A DNA stretch of 62,504 nt, the filler included, from Catajapyx aquilonaris (lineage: Eukaryota), in assembly GCA_000934665.2 (NCBI GenBank). It is 2 parts of 2 records of this genome, joined end to end, with 100 filler letters (N's around TTAATTAATTAA, not from the genome) between each part and the next. Parts side by side here need not be neighbours in the genome. Positions count along the whole stretch, not along the records: positions 1 to 31,145 come from JYFJ02004578.1; positions 31,246 to 62,504 come from KZ539175.1. The stretch is one strand, 5' to 3'. The notes beneath the pieces were generated by a model that was not told the origin of the DNA, did no database searches, and saw only the letters and a list, made by a program, of their open reading frames with translations. How positions within the stretch are numbered: position 1 is the first letter of the stretch; each line of letters begins with the position of its first letter. This document shows positions 25,693-51,098 of this stretch, one piece after another. A program made the position numbers and the translations under genes.

Positions 25693-26455
25693 TATATTAG
25701 GATCCAGGAAAGAGAGGCAATTAAAGACAATTCAGACTAGAGTCATGGCCTACTGATTATGTCAATGGGCAACACAACATAAAGTTGTGGATGTCATCGT
25801 TTGATTCACCATCCACACTTGCGTTTCATCCACTACATCCAGCCAGTATGACCTTTTGATTTCCAGAGTCAACAGAAAAGGTCAGGAGCATCAAGATACA
25901 CTAATGTACCAGGTTTCATCTTTAACAACATTCCCCAGTCACTGTCCGAAGAAACTGAAGCCAACTTAAAACATATCTAATACGCTGTTTCAAGGCTTAA
26001 GACATCTGGTGATCGACTAATCCGTAGGTAACACATTCTGACCTAGATCTTCTTTTGCCCAAGTTTTCCCTTTTCCTCCTGCTCCATATCCTACACACAT
26101 GCCCTGCCCCTGTCGTTCATTCCAAAATAAGGGTGGGAAAAGGGCATGACATAGGATAAGTATGATTAATTTATTGCCACCTTGATCCTTCGACTCTCCT
26201 CTATGACCTACACACACAAAAAGTTTGGCGTTACACCTAGCACTTCACAGGACTCCATAAAGCATCTCATCGGGGCAATTAAAACCAAGACAAAGACAAG
26301 CACAGTGTTAACTGGAATCAAGACCTACTGACTTGTATTCGACAATCTGTATGTTGTCTACCGTCATTCAAATGACACATACAAAAAAGTGCATAATGTT
26401 ATAAGCAATACACACCTCTTGAGAATAGCATGCATTAACTCTTACTACAAGTTAA

Positions 26456-26620
26456 CCCTTTAATTGGCAATGTACCTCCTGGGGCACATAGCGAAAAACA
26501 GGGAAGGCGACAATTTAAAAAAAAAAGAGCGATTGCAGCATGTCGTACGAATTATTTTAGTAGAGAAATACAACGGACATAATTTTACTAATGTCCTTTC
26601 TATGTTTGCCAATTAAAGGG
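26456..26620. mobile_element. piggyBac-like MITE
   Basis: TTAA|ccctttaattggcaa ... ttgccaattaaaggg|TTAA. Confidence 0.75.
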
Positions 26621-28017
26621 TTAAACACCCACGCATTTCAGCTAAGCAATTTTTCTTCCCCTTCCTGTAAATTAAGGTCCCACCACACTCTACAAATACC
26701 GACATCTATCTCACCAGCCAGAACACTCTTTCACTTACTCCTACATCTTCATTAGGAAGTAAAAGCCTGACACATTTCTCCAACTCTGCACTGTAGTAGC
26801 CAAGTCTAACACACCCAAGAGTGACACTAAAATGCACGGAGTTTCAAAGGCCTGAACTGACTGGTGCCAGGGAAACAGCAGCCCATATATCCCAGTCTGC
26901 ACGAAGCATCATGTAACAACACATGACACCAGTAGCCACATTTTTCTCTTTAGTGAACTGGAGCTGTTCATCCTTGACCCATATAACTGATCACATTGAC
27001 CATGCAAACTGCCAATAATAATAAATAAAAACCAGCTGATCACTACACTACACTGTAAGCTCAATTGGCACTATCATATTACACCAACAATGATTTAACC
27101 TGGACAAATTATATCTGCAAATTATCATATAGCAATTACAATTTGTCAGTATCATCTGCTATATCACACCATATTATTTACAATTATCAAATTTCCATAT
27201 CACAAGACGCTAGAAACTTTTACTTGGTTGATTTGGTCGGTGGTGGGGCTTTTGAAAGTTGCACGAATGGAAAGTTGGGGAAAATATTTGATAATGTATA
27301 GGTATCCACAAGTAGGCCTACTCTAATTCGATTGAAAAAAGAACCCTGAACAATAAATCTAATAAATTCCTCACTTGACAACTAATTCCAGTCCCATATC
27401 TAATTTTGCAGTAAGATGTCAATTGGTGCACTTCGAAGCAAGGATTGGCCATTTATTTAATTGTTACTGCATGTTTCACTACAATCGCAACAAAAAATAC
27501 TGGGGCATGCCCAGTTTACTTGCAACTGTATAAATTGACCTATTCTAAAGAAATTGCAAATTGCAGACTCATTCACAAACTCAAAAGTTTGTTCAATAAA
27601 ATCCCTTGTGTTATTGATAAGAAAGCATTGTAATTGTCTGTTTCCACTTGACATAAGGCCTTCGAAACAACTACAAGCTTTACAAAGAATGCAGCTAGTA
27701 CTCGTATATCACATAGACCTGATGTGATGAAGTGTCTACATTTTTGGGTTGGAAACCAATGCAATTAAGTGGTGTCCGCAATGACCTAAATGCCAGTCAA
27801 TTTCAGGTGATTCCACTCACAGTGACTATTTATTAATTTGTAACTCCATGATAGGCCTGTGCCCTCTTCAGATACCATATTTTAATTGTCAAACTTAATT
27901 GAAATTATGCTATACTGCTGACAGATTTTGAATATGGGATGAAAACAAATAACTCCCAAGAAAACTCACACAAATACACAGTGAAACCTTAAAAACTATT
28001 TTCACATGAGGACATGC

Positions 28018-28092
28018 TCTTGCCTGACCAAGGAATCAAACCCGGGCCTTCTGCCATAGAAGGCTTTGGTGCTAACCACTCTGCCACCCTAT
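28018..28092 (-). mobile_element. Degenerate tRNA-derived SINE head
   Basis: Minus strand reads ggtggcagagtggttagcacc...cccgggtttgattcc (A and B boxes); no full cloverleaf. Confidence 0.5.
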
Positions 28093-30287
28093 CATGGTGG
28101 CACTGACCACTAAATATCAATCCAGCCAACTATGAACATGCCAACTGGCTTTATAAACACCATAAGCATGAACTGATCATAAAATTTAAGTATGTTTTCA
28201 ATTTCAACCACTGAATTATTTCTGTCAATGAACAATGTGATGTACTAACCAATTCTTTAGTAAAATGCATACTTTCTTTGGCAAAAGTATGTCATAACAG
28301 CATGATATCCCCAATGGTCAATTCAATTGCAGCCTTTGGCCTGAGAATCTGTTGAACGCAGTAATGTTCTGTTGGATGTCATGATGGTGTTAACCAGTAC
28401 TGCAGCAGGATCTAATGAGGGAAGGGTACCATCTGTCCTAACCAGATTTCCTTGACAGTGCTCACATTTGATATGGAATATTAAAATATTAAAGTTACCA
28501 TGAATTATATGCTGGGTCTGAGAGTTATGAGTGGCTAAGTCTTTGGTGAATTAGCAGAGAGTCAACATGTAAAAAGTATGTCGGCCATGTAGGAACTTTC
28601 AGAAGGTCCTAATCAATCAGGTCACAGTGGACAAGCTGGGACTGTGAATGCAAAATCGCTTTTCACTTGCGTGTATGCGTTATTATTCCTGCTCTGGCTT
28701 GTCATTCCCTCATGCCATATCTATCTTATGCCAGTGTGTACAGTTTTAAAGATAAGACCAATAATTACATTATTGTCAAATCAGAAAAAAATAAAATTAA
28801 GCCTGAGAAATATGGGTGACAATATATTCAGAAAATTATTTGAAAAGGACATTCACAAATAAAGGCCAAGAGAGAACAATGAGGATAAAAAAGCAGAACA
28901 GGACTTCCCTGTCAGCCCATCTGGAATCAGCCATTGGTGTTCCTAAACCTAAACCAATGAATGAGGACTACACTGTTAAATGTAGGAAGGCTCTCACTCA
29001 CACATGATCAGCAATAATCTCTTCATTGACACAAGCATCAAATTACATATTTGTAATGCAAGAAAGTATGTGAACTACATACCTTCACATGAATATCTTA
29101 CGAGCATTAACTTCTACTGTTTCAGGTACTTTCAGCATGTGAGTAACTCTGTCTATGTCAACCAAGTTTCTGTTACTCATTGTCACATCAGTACCACTCT
29201 CCAATTGAAGCAATTCCATTACTCCAGCCATAACAATTATCCCAGCAATATCCCCTGAAAAATCTTTAAGAACATTCCCAGCATATGGGATCATAAGACT
29301 GAATACATGCACGCACCCCTCTTCGTGACACATGGAGGACTTCTACAGCATATAAGTTGATATGATACGATTATGCACAACCGAGTGGCGCGATTCAATC
29401 TTCACTTTACCAGGTACCCAGCAGATATCCCCTTAATGCTATCAAAGTGAGTGAGTAATTTTAGATTCCTTGGCCTATGCACAGGTGGTTTTAGTCTCAC
29501 GGACCTGCCCATCTGCGTGGGCTGCTCCTGGACAAAAGACACAGAGGCGGCACTGCCTGGCAGACTAAATATAGCACTTAATCTGCCCACTCCGAATCCT
29601 TCACAATACAGCACAATTATGTCGGTAACTAGTCACTCACCACTCTGCCTTATGCCTGCGGAGACGAACACTGGTGAAACCAAACCTGTTCCAGAACCGG
29701 CACAGTGCAGCTGCCAATCCGCATTGTCTCACGTCACTTGGGTACCGCCTGATCAGGTTGGCAATGCTGGCAAGTGAGCCTGTTCTGGACTGGGTCTGGT
29801 TTCCCGACACTGCTCCACACTCTGGGTACACATGTGCCTCCCGTTCCCCACCCTACCTGGCACAGAGCATCCCACCTGCACTCCTCCCCAAATCAATCCT
29901 GCCTCCACTCCCCCCAAAATCCAGCCAGAATCCACACCCTTTCTACTGTACCACCAAATGATGATAAGCTTCAGAGTCACCCACCCATCGTCCACACTCC
30001 TCCATCCAGCATCCCATTCCGGGCCAGTGGGTCACTGGGTCGGTCACGCACCCTCCTCCTTAGGCCGAGGTGTGTGATGGTGACTGATCCCCTTCATCAT
30101 TCCGATGATTGGTTCTGTGTGTGTGTGTGTGTGAGCGAGTGAGTCTCCCCCCCCCTGAGCCTGAGCCCACCCGCGCCCCACACAGGCGGCGCGGACCCAA
30201 CCCCCGGCCCGCCCTTGCCTGCCTCCACCGCCCACCTATTATAGGGTAGAGCGGGAGAGTGTGTGCGGGGGTGGGGGGATCACTTAC

Positions 30288-30380
30288 CGGTCCCCGAGTC
30301 TTTCCCCCAAACATCAACCATCATCGATTCGCCATCTTTCTTTCGTCTGCAGGATTCGAAGGGGGTGGGGTGGGGGGGGG
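30288..30380 (-). other. RNF207: Probable first (5'UTR) exon of RNF207, splicing to the acceptor at 24294
   Basis: Consensus donor CG|GTAAGT at 30287-30282 next to the promoter motif cluster; the exon's 5' boundary is approximate. Confidence 0.55.
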
Positions 30381-30535
30381 GGGGGGCGCCTAACCAATGC
30401 GCATGCGTGGATAACATGGGCGGCCATCTTGAGTCCGTGCCACTGTGGAGCCAAAATGGCCGGAGTTGCATTGGTAACATTGGGAGGTGTTCCGTTGGCA
30501 ACCCTGTCGCCTTTTCGGAACATCCCAAGTCCAAG
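30381..30535. promoter_or_regulatory. Bidirectional promoter for RNF207 (-) and the ADH5 upstream exon (+)
   Basis: CCAAT at 30394, NRF1/ewg palindrome TGCGCATGCG at 30398-30407, YY1/pho-type AAGATGGC/AAAATGGC on both strands (30421-30430, 30453-30462, 30533-30540), and GGCAAC/X-box-like motifs. Confidence 0.65.
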
Positions 30536-32463
30536 ATGGCTGTCCTGAGCGTACTGAGGGCCGTGGGAGCCCAGGTCTGCAGCAGGCGAGGATGCCTCCC
30601 AGCTCAGACACAGATCTGCAGGACCATCTTCACCGGTACATTTAACCGGACAGGGCAATTTTTGTGGAACAGTAAATTATGCCAAAGTGCATTCCACGCA
30701 AAGGCACTTTCTTATTAAATAATGTAATAATAGTATGGGTCAAATTTGTATGCCGCAGGACTATAGAAAGTTGATTTTCATGTATGAAATTAGACGAGTA
30801 CAGTAGAACCCTGATTATCACCCATGGGAAATGGCATGCATGGTTGGAACACATAAAAGGTCGGTTAAGGACACCTGAAGGAAGCACCATAAGAAACCTA
30901 TAAAACATAATCTGTCAAGGGGGTAATCACTCCCCGAAAAAGTGTAGACCAGTTCCTGGAACCAGATGGTTCCAGCCAGTTCTAACCCAGTTCCAGGCAG
31001 GTTCCACAGGGACCCTGTATACAGGTCTCAGGAAGTGGTAACCCCCTTGAATAATGTACAATATTTTGGTTTTCTGAGAAATAGGCAAGTATTCGTTATC
31101 CTTTACATACACACTCTACTGTATGCAGGCCCGGCGGAACGGGGGNNNNNNNNNNNNNNNNNNNNNNNNNNNNNNNNNNNNNNNNNNNNTTAATTAATTA
31201 ANNNNNNNNNNNNNNNNNNNNNNNNNNNNNNNNNNNNNNNNNNNNTATGTTGGGTTAGCTTGCATCTCCCTTCATCGCTGACTACCCCTCATAGGGAAAT
31301 GTCGTGATGTTGTTGTTGTTGTTGTTGTATTATTATTATTATATATTATCATTCTAAGACAGAATAGCAAAGTGCAGGTGGCACCCGACCTGATTGTTGC
31401 TTCCAAGAGGTAGTTAGGTAAGCAATCCAAACAAGTATTTCTCTACCTCCATCTTGGACTGCGCGATTGTGGCACACTTCATTCTTCATGTATAGTTTGA
31501 CACAGGTACAGTACATGTGATGCATATCCAAGACTTGGATACGATCAGAAATCCTACAATAATTGTAATATTTGTATCATGGTTTAGGTCCACTCTGGCT
31601 CGAACTTGCAACAATGGGTATGTCATTTTCATAGTGTAATTTCGAATAAAACTATCCAATGTAATAATTTTCAACTGTTTTTGACCATCAAACATTTCTT
31701 GGAGATTGAATCAATAACGCATGCAGGCCAAAAAAAACAACAACTCGGGGCAAGTTATTATGATTGTGTCACGCCTAGCTTGCAGTTCTAGAGTTACCTG
31801 CACCCTGGGTCATGTTAGGAATGTGTATTTCACAATGGCATGTACGCAAGATGCAGGGATTCCGTCGAGTCAGTAGTTTCGCAACTTTGACCCCTTTGGG
31901 TATACCTTTGGTGCCGGGCGACCGAGGGTATACAGGGTGTATCTGAACTCAGTGCCCCGACGTATATGACTGCCTTCCTAGCCACCAGAGGATCGATTTA
32001 AGTATAGGAATCATTATGTTTGGCCGCCGCATTACGGAGATACACTCTTTAGCGATTTTTGCCTAATCGCTCCTTCTGACTTTTAAATAGAATTTTCTGG
32101 TGTAACTAGCCAAAGAGGCCTTACCACCTGTGGGCAACAAACCAACAAAGTCCGGCCCCCAGACCTTCCAGAGCCTTCTGACTGGGGGAGGGTTCGATGG
32201 GTGGCCTAACAGACAGGATATTTTGTACTACATGTTTGCGGCCAATTATCTCCGTAATGCGGCGGCCAAACATAATGATTCCTATACTTAAATCGATCCT
32301 CTGGTGGCTAGGAAGGCAGTCATATACGTCGGAGCACTGAGTTCAGATACACCCTGTATATTCGCGGTTCTTCTTAGAGTTCACCTCTTGGCAGTCTAGT
32401 GCAACCCCTTATTTCGGGCTCCTGTGTCCCGAAAGCAAGCATGGCGTCCAGGAAACCCCACAG
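30536..32463 (+). CDS. ADH5: Putative alternative 5' coding exons of ADH5 (30536-30635, 32378-32463) encoding a mitochondrial-presequence-like extension
   Basis: AAGATGG start; MAVLSVLRAVGAQVCSRRGCLPAQTQICRTIFT|EFTSWQSSATPYFGLLCPESKHGVQETPQ joins in phase (1, then 0) to VIKC at 37319. An assembly gap lies between the two exons. Confidence 0.55.
31146..31245. other. Assembly gap with artificial TTAATTAATTAA linker
   Basis: Runs of N flank a 12-mer that carries stop codons in all six frames. Confidence 0.9.
31933..32356. mobile_element. 424-bp Tc1/mariner-type MITE, ~105-bp TIRs (copy 1)
   Basis: TA|cagggtgtatctgaactcagtg ... cactgagttcagatacaccctg|TA; near-identical copy at 38872-39295. Confidence 0.92.
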
Positions 32464-32821
32464 GTTAGTAATCAACATATAACACTGTATAAAAACCATC
32501 GCTCGCCTACATTTGCTCTTTACATTTATATTGCGTAAATAAACTGTTACAGACGCTAGTAATTGCGTGCATTATTCGATCACCACCACCTGACGGACCA
32601 GGGCTTTTCTGGTCGACAATTGCATGCTTGTAAGTCAAATGTGTAAGATTGCGCAGCTTCAAACGGCTATTCTGGTGATACACTAACTAAAAATCAAAAT
32701 TTACAAAGTACTGTATAATGCAGTATTAAGTTATATACTGTGCTTAGATTTGGATGTAAGAAGTTGTGATGTGTTAGGCCTGCAGTACAGTATATAAATG
32801 TGAAGAGTCTGTTACAGTATG

Positions 32822-33142
32822 CAGGGAGGGAGTCCCATCTTTTTTGTCCGAACAGTTATCGAAAAATTGCGCGTAGCTGCTACTTTGTAAGCAGTGACTT
32901 GCAAACGGTGATTTTTCAGAGGAACGGGGAATATTCCCTGCGAGGCTGCGAATCGTAGGTTGAAGTGGCATGCTGCCCGCTGAAAATTGAGGGTCAAGCC
33001 TGGAAAAAATAGGGATGTGTGACCTTCTTTTTCCCCATTCCCTATTCCTCCGACAAATCACCGATTGCAAGGGACTGCTTAAAAGTAGCAGCTACGCGCA
33101 ATTTTCCGATAACTGTTCGGACAAAAAAGATGAGACACCCTG
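32822..33142. mobile_element. Tc1/mariner-type MITE, ~90-bp TIRs
   Basis: catcttttttgtccgaacagttatcgaaaaattgcgcgtagctgctac and its inverse ending gagacaccctg|TA. Confidence 0.8.
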
Positions 33143-33243
33143 TATACCCCCACTGCAAGCAGATGTACAGTATACATGGGCGTAGCCAGGATTTAGGTTG
33201 GGGGGGGGGGGGGCAGGAGGGCCCCACCTGTCCTCATCCTCCC

Positions 33244-34538
33244 CCCTGCAGCAAGCAATATGGGGGCAACATTGGGGCAACATTGGGGAAGCCGGCGCAA
33301 CATAGCCCAATATGGCCGATGTTCAGCCATGATGTCCATGGGGACAGAGACACAGCGGAATATCGGGCCAATATTGCGCCAACATGGAACGCCAATGTGG
33401 GCTAATATGTGAAACATTGGCCGAACATGGCAATCCATGTTCGGCCAATATTTGCTACCTAGGTTGCAAGCCATGATGGGCCCACATAGGCGACATATTG
33501 GCCCATCAACGCCACCACGTATACATTGCCATGATAAAGCCGCCATTGCGGACATGTCGGCTCCACATTGCCAAGAAATTTAGCCATCCATTAGCCGATA
33601 TTGCGGATACATCGGCTCCACATAGGCAACATTGGCCACCCAGGCAGTACAAAAAACGGCCCATGATTGGCACTGTATTGGCCCATGGTCGCGAAACTGG
33701 GCATAGCTTGGCCGATCTAGCTGGTTTACGGCCAATGTCGGCCCTAAAACGGCAACAAATCTAACCCCGATGTGACTCCCTCAGAAAGCAGAGTGTGGCG
33801 GTTACCGGTCTACGGCCAATTTCGGCCCTAAAACGGCAGCCGATCTAACCCACATATAGCCTCATGGCAGCTCCCCGCGTCGAGATGGCGCTGACGTCGG
33901 ATTATGTCTTCTCCGATTTATCCCACAACAATGCGAATTAATTTTGCCCATTACACGTGTGAAAAGGTGGCAGGTAACTCCACTGCATGCGGCTCATTTA
34001 CCCCCGAGGTACTTCATTGTGACATTAATTTGCTAGAGCCGTTCGATGGCAATGCTGTTTGGTGCGAGCAGGAGAAACCGCGGTATGGAAAGGCGACTTT
34101 TTCTGCGAAGCTCAACAAGAACAGTCATACAAGCCGGGCACTTACAGACTTCTATGAAAGCAAATAAACCAACCAACCATCAACCAACCATCAACCAACC
34201 ATCAACCAACCATCAACCAACCATCAACCAACGGCCCTCCAGACGTCACCCGGTCACCAACAAGCTAATCATTGCCTGCCAATGTTGGGATATATCGAGA
34301 AAAGTTGCAGAGGGCAACATTGCACCAATGACAGTGGCCAATGATGTCCCAATATGCATTTTCCAACATTGGCACCATGTTGGGGTTGCCCATATTGGGC
34401 CATGTCCGTCTGCCAATATTGGGATATATCGAGAAAAGTTGCAGCGGCCAACGTTGCACCAATGATGGTGGGCAATGCTGGCCCATTAATGGTTTCCATG
34501 TTGTAGCCAATATTGTCCCAATATAGATTGCTGATGGG
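33244..34538. mobile_element. Non-autonomous element with CCC..GGG ends and many subterminal ccaacattgg/ccaatat repeats (animal EnSpm/CACTA-like); internal (CAACCAACCAT)n tract
   Basis: Left ccctgcagcaagcaatatggggg versus right cccaatatagattgctgatggg; dense short degenerate palindromic repeats at both ends. The family call is an inference. Confidence 0.55.
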
Positions 34539-35202
34539 GCCGTTTGACTGCCTAGCTGCCTACTAGTAGCAAGATTCTGAAGGAAACTGTCTAAACAACA
34601 ATAATTGTTTTAGATTACTTTCTTTTGACCCCGAAGGCTCCGAAAAATCTGTCAAAACCTTCAGTTTCTCTGAAATCTCCAGAAATTTTCTGCACTTCCC
34701 TGAGATTTAGGGCCCATGGTATAGAGTAAGTTCTATTGCTATTTGCCTCTTTATTTCATCACTATATTCATGTTCCCGCTGGAAATATTCTTCACACAAT
34801 CAACTGAAGGCTAATGAAAAAGGGGAAGCCATAATTTTGAAATGCTCTAGTTGTTCCAGGGCAGGCAACCAACAGACTAGCATGATATCTTATGGTTCTG
34901 GCCATAAGTAATGCTAGATAAATGCTGTAATACCTATCCCTCCTTGTGTAAAAACTGGACGTTATGTGGCGCCGCGTAGTGCCCAAATCTGGCGAAGTTC
35001 AAGAAACACACGAACGGACCATGAGGACTAAGAACACTGCGCATGGCAACTGGAAAGAGTGGCAACAAGTGTTTAGCCGGCTTTGACCTTGATTTGCCCG
35101 TTGGCAGGTTGGCACCACGAGGCTTGTGATTAGATTATCGGAGTGTGCAGAGGACTTTGAGAGACCACCGACTGATCATTCTGAGAGGAAAATTCTGGAA
35201 TC

Positions 35203-47876
<12,674 letters not shown>

Positions 47877-48029
47877 GCCTGCTTGATTTTGTTCATGATA
47901 CAATAAAAGCAATGTTTTTGCACTGGACTGATAAATTGAGTATTTTTGATGACTGTTCTTGTTGTTGGTTCATTGGGACCAGGCATTATGGCTAAGAGAC
48001 TTGTCTTTTTCCTTTGTCCTAATTCTTAA

Positions 48030-48905
48030 CCCTGTAGCGGGCATAGTTGCCTGAGGGCAACAATTAATTTTCGCAGGCGCCATAAGCTTCAACATTGGTC
48101 CTGGAAACCACAGTGGGGCTTGATGTCACCGTTAGTTTGTTAGCTTCCGCTGGATGACATGCAATGTCGACGATGTTACGATCGGGATATGGTATGAAGC
48201 GGAGAGAAGCCAAGGTCGTTGAAAATGGCGCGAAATTTGAATTTGCTGAAGCAGCTGGAGCTGATTAGATATAGGTGCAGATATTAAATATCGAATTGCA
48301 TGTGTAACACTGCAAGAGTAGCTCTCTCGTCGCCATTTGAGGCCATTCTAATCTAATTTTGCCAGCACAATTTCATCGCAATTTTTTGGCGGCGCAGGCA
48401 CAATATTGCTTGAGGTTTGAGTCCTAAGTCATTGTACTATTTTTATTCGAAAACGGAAATATGTACAGATATGAGCATTACTATGTTTTAAAGGCCCGGC
48501 GATTACAATTTGGACTGGAATATAGATGGCCCCGAGATCTCAAGGGGAGCCGGTAAACGAAAGGGGATCGTGACCCCCCACCCCGAGCTGCATGAGACGG
48601 TGGAAGGGTGGGGGTTATGATCACCTTTAGTTTTCTGGTCCCCTTTGCGATATGGATGCCATCTATTTATCAGATGAAATTGTAATCACCGGACCTTCAA
48701 AACTTAGCAAAGGTCATCTCTGTATGTGTTACCATTTTTGAATAAAAAAATACTCGCCATGACTTTTGACTCACCGGTGTAACTTCAAAGTCATTGGGTC
48801 AGAGATGACCAAAACATAATAAAAACCATCCTTATGTCGCATATGATGAGAAAAAGGCGTTAGAATTTTTTTCTTCCCACAATCCTAAATGTGTGCAGTA
48901 CAGGG
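48030..48905. mobile_element. piggyBac-like non-autonomous element with internal inverted repeat
   Basis: TTAA|ccctgta ... tacaggg|TTAA; degenerate internal hairpin ~48420-48775. Confidence 0.6.
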
Positions 48906-49026
48906 TTAAGGTCATTTGGTAATGACATTTCCCGACTAATTTAGGATGTCGGAACACGTATGTCTCGGCACATTGGTGAAGAAAACGACTACCATTTTGG
49001 AAGATGGCGCAACTTAAGTCCGCTTC

Positions 49027-51040
49027 AGTGGAAATCTTAAATACACGTCATGTACATTTCTATGCGACAACTCTGGGATGTTGACATCAGCAAAAGTTGC
49101 TTGAAGGAATTTAATCTCCTTAAATTTAATTTAATTATCCTTATAATAAACACAAACACATGAAGGCTTTACATTCATGTGTCTCCTGGCGACTTCATGG
49201 AGGCATCTGGATGGACCATCGCGATCGCCAACTCTGGCAGTACTACAGGAGGTTCTGCAGAGGCAGCCTTGAAGGTATACTGCAAGCAGAGGTCTCTTCA
49301 TGCTCGCTGCAACACTGGGTAACATTTGGCTTTCATTTTCAGGGAGTCCATGTGAATAAAGTTCGTAGGATTCATTAAGTGAATGCTGCAGTACTTTATT
49401 CACTGCTCATGGATACTTATGAGCAGGACCATCCTGACAGTGGGTCGTCCTGAGGTGAGCAGGCTCCTGCAAGAGTTCAATGAGGAGAAGGATGCTGATG
49501 ATGAGGACAGCTTACATCACGAGCAGTTTCCAGCTTTTCAAGGACTTTTGGAGGAATGTGTAGCTCTTGTGAAAGTTTCCTGCAATATGAAAACCCTTTC
49601 TCTGATATGAGCTCAGATCTGTTTGTGCTGGACACTCGAGCAGTAATAGTAGAAAAGGACGTATCTGCATTGATGGGGAGTGCTGTTAGTGGACAAGCCT
49701 TGTTCGGAGAGTTTGTTGAGGAGAGGCTAGTTGATGAGAAAATGTCGATTCACAGCAGTGTGAAAGAGGTTAACATCAAAATCTTCACGGCAAAAAAAGA
49801 AACAGCAGAGAAAGTTGACAGCAAGAGCTTGAGGCCCGATGTTCAGCTCTTCTGGAGGCTGTATGTCGCAAGCTGTGCTAGAGATCTTGATTTGGACAAG
49901 TTTTTCTCACCCAGGCTTGGCCCCCACTCTTGCCGTGCACGGACAACTGAGACCAGGAAAGAAGAGCGACCTTGTGCTCATAGTAGAGAAAATGGCGGAC
50001 AGTAGTTGTTTGCCACATGCTTGTGATGGACTAGTTTTTGACGGAGCTGGATTGGTCCACATGCTTTCATCACGCCAAGGTGTGAAGAGCTTCGACGAGT
50101 ACTTTGAGGCCCAGACAAAGCACCATATAATTATGCTCTTTGGCTGACTGTGTTGATGCTCGACGCATCAACATAGCATGGGATGGCTACTCGACCCACA
50201 GCATCAAGAACTCTGAGCAGGAGAGCCGTGTCAACTGGTGTTCATCAAAAGGACCTTCCCAGGGCAGGTACTGTATCAAAACTCATCGAAAGTGGTAGTT
50301 TTTGTGATAAAATCACTATTGTGTTTATTTTCCAACAGGTAGGTTGCCAAAAGATTCGGGAAATTATCTTCGCTATGGCAAGAATAAACAAGAACTATTT
50401 AGATTTTGTCTGAGAAATCTCTAGCCTTGGATTCATACAATATTGTGACCAATGTCAGTGATGTCCTTCAATGCAGCCCCGGTTGCAGGACTTGCATGGA
50501 AGGCATTTCTTGCGCAGGCAGAGAAGAAGCTGATGGGCGAATCATTGCTCATGTCAAGGACATGGCGAGCAATGGTTGTAAATCTGTACTTACGTATACA
50601 CAGCACAGACATGGATGTGGTAGTTCTGGCTGTGTCCTTCTTTCAACTTACTGATTTCGGCCTCAAGGAGTTATGGTGTTTTTATGGAATGGGTAAATCA
50701 GCCCATTACTTGCCTGTACATAACATGGCAAATGTACTCTGAGAGAAGAAATCGACTGCACTAGAGGATTCCATGCCTACTCCAGTTGTGACACAGTGTC
50801 ATATTTCTCAGGAAAGGGCAAGAACTCGGCATTCAGAGCATGGAGAAAGGAAATCAAGACCTCTCAGAGGACACATGAATGTAAAGTCTGCATGTGTTTG
50901 TGTTTATTATAAGGAGAATTAAATTAAATTTAAGGAAATTAAATTCATTCCAACAACTTTTGCTGATGTCGCATTTAGCCTCAAAATCTCAAGAGTTGTC
51001 GGATATAAATGCACATGACATGCATATACGATTTCCACTG
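49027..51040 (+). mobile_element. Decayed Academ-like DNA transposon: ~160-bp TIRs around a frameshifted XPG/FEN1-like nuclease region
   Basis: TIRs cagtggaaatc...aaacacaaacacatg and the inverse; fragments VFDGAGLVH, EEADGRIIAHV, STDMDVVVLAV, FHAYSSCDTVSYFSGKGK (XPG/FEN1 H3TH-like). AcademX elements are known to encode an XPG domain. Confidence 0.65.
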
Positions 51041-51098
51041 AACCTGCTTGCTTTTATCATGATTTTCCGCTTTTTTTGGCATACCTCTAGTACTATAG

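Noticed and set aside
29400..30260. Many overlapping ORFs in GC-rich DNA (also 7340-7880 and 33000-34500)
   Set aside because: Low-complexity ORFs expected in GC-rich promoter/intron or repeat DNA; no domain signal.
31190..31201. TTAATTAATTAA island within N runs
   Set aside because: Looks like a scaffolding linker with six-frame stops, not biological sequence.
32441..32463. ATG at 32441 as the ADH5 start
   Set aside because: It is 23 nt from the donor and out of frame with exon 37319. The exon only works in the frame entered from 30635, and the canonical start is 35203.
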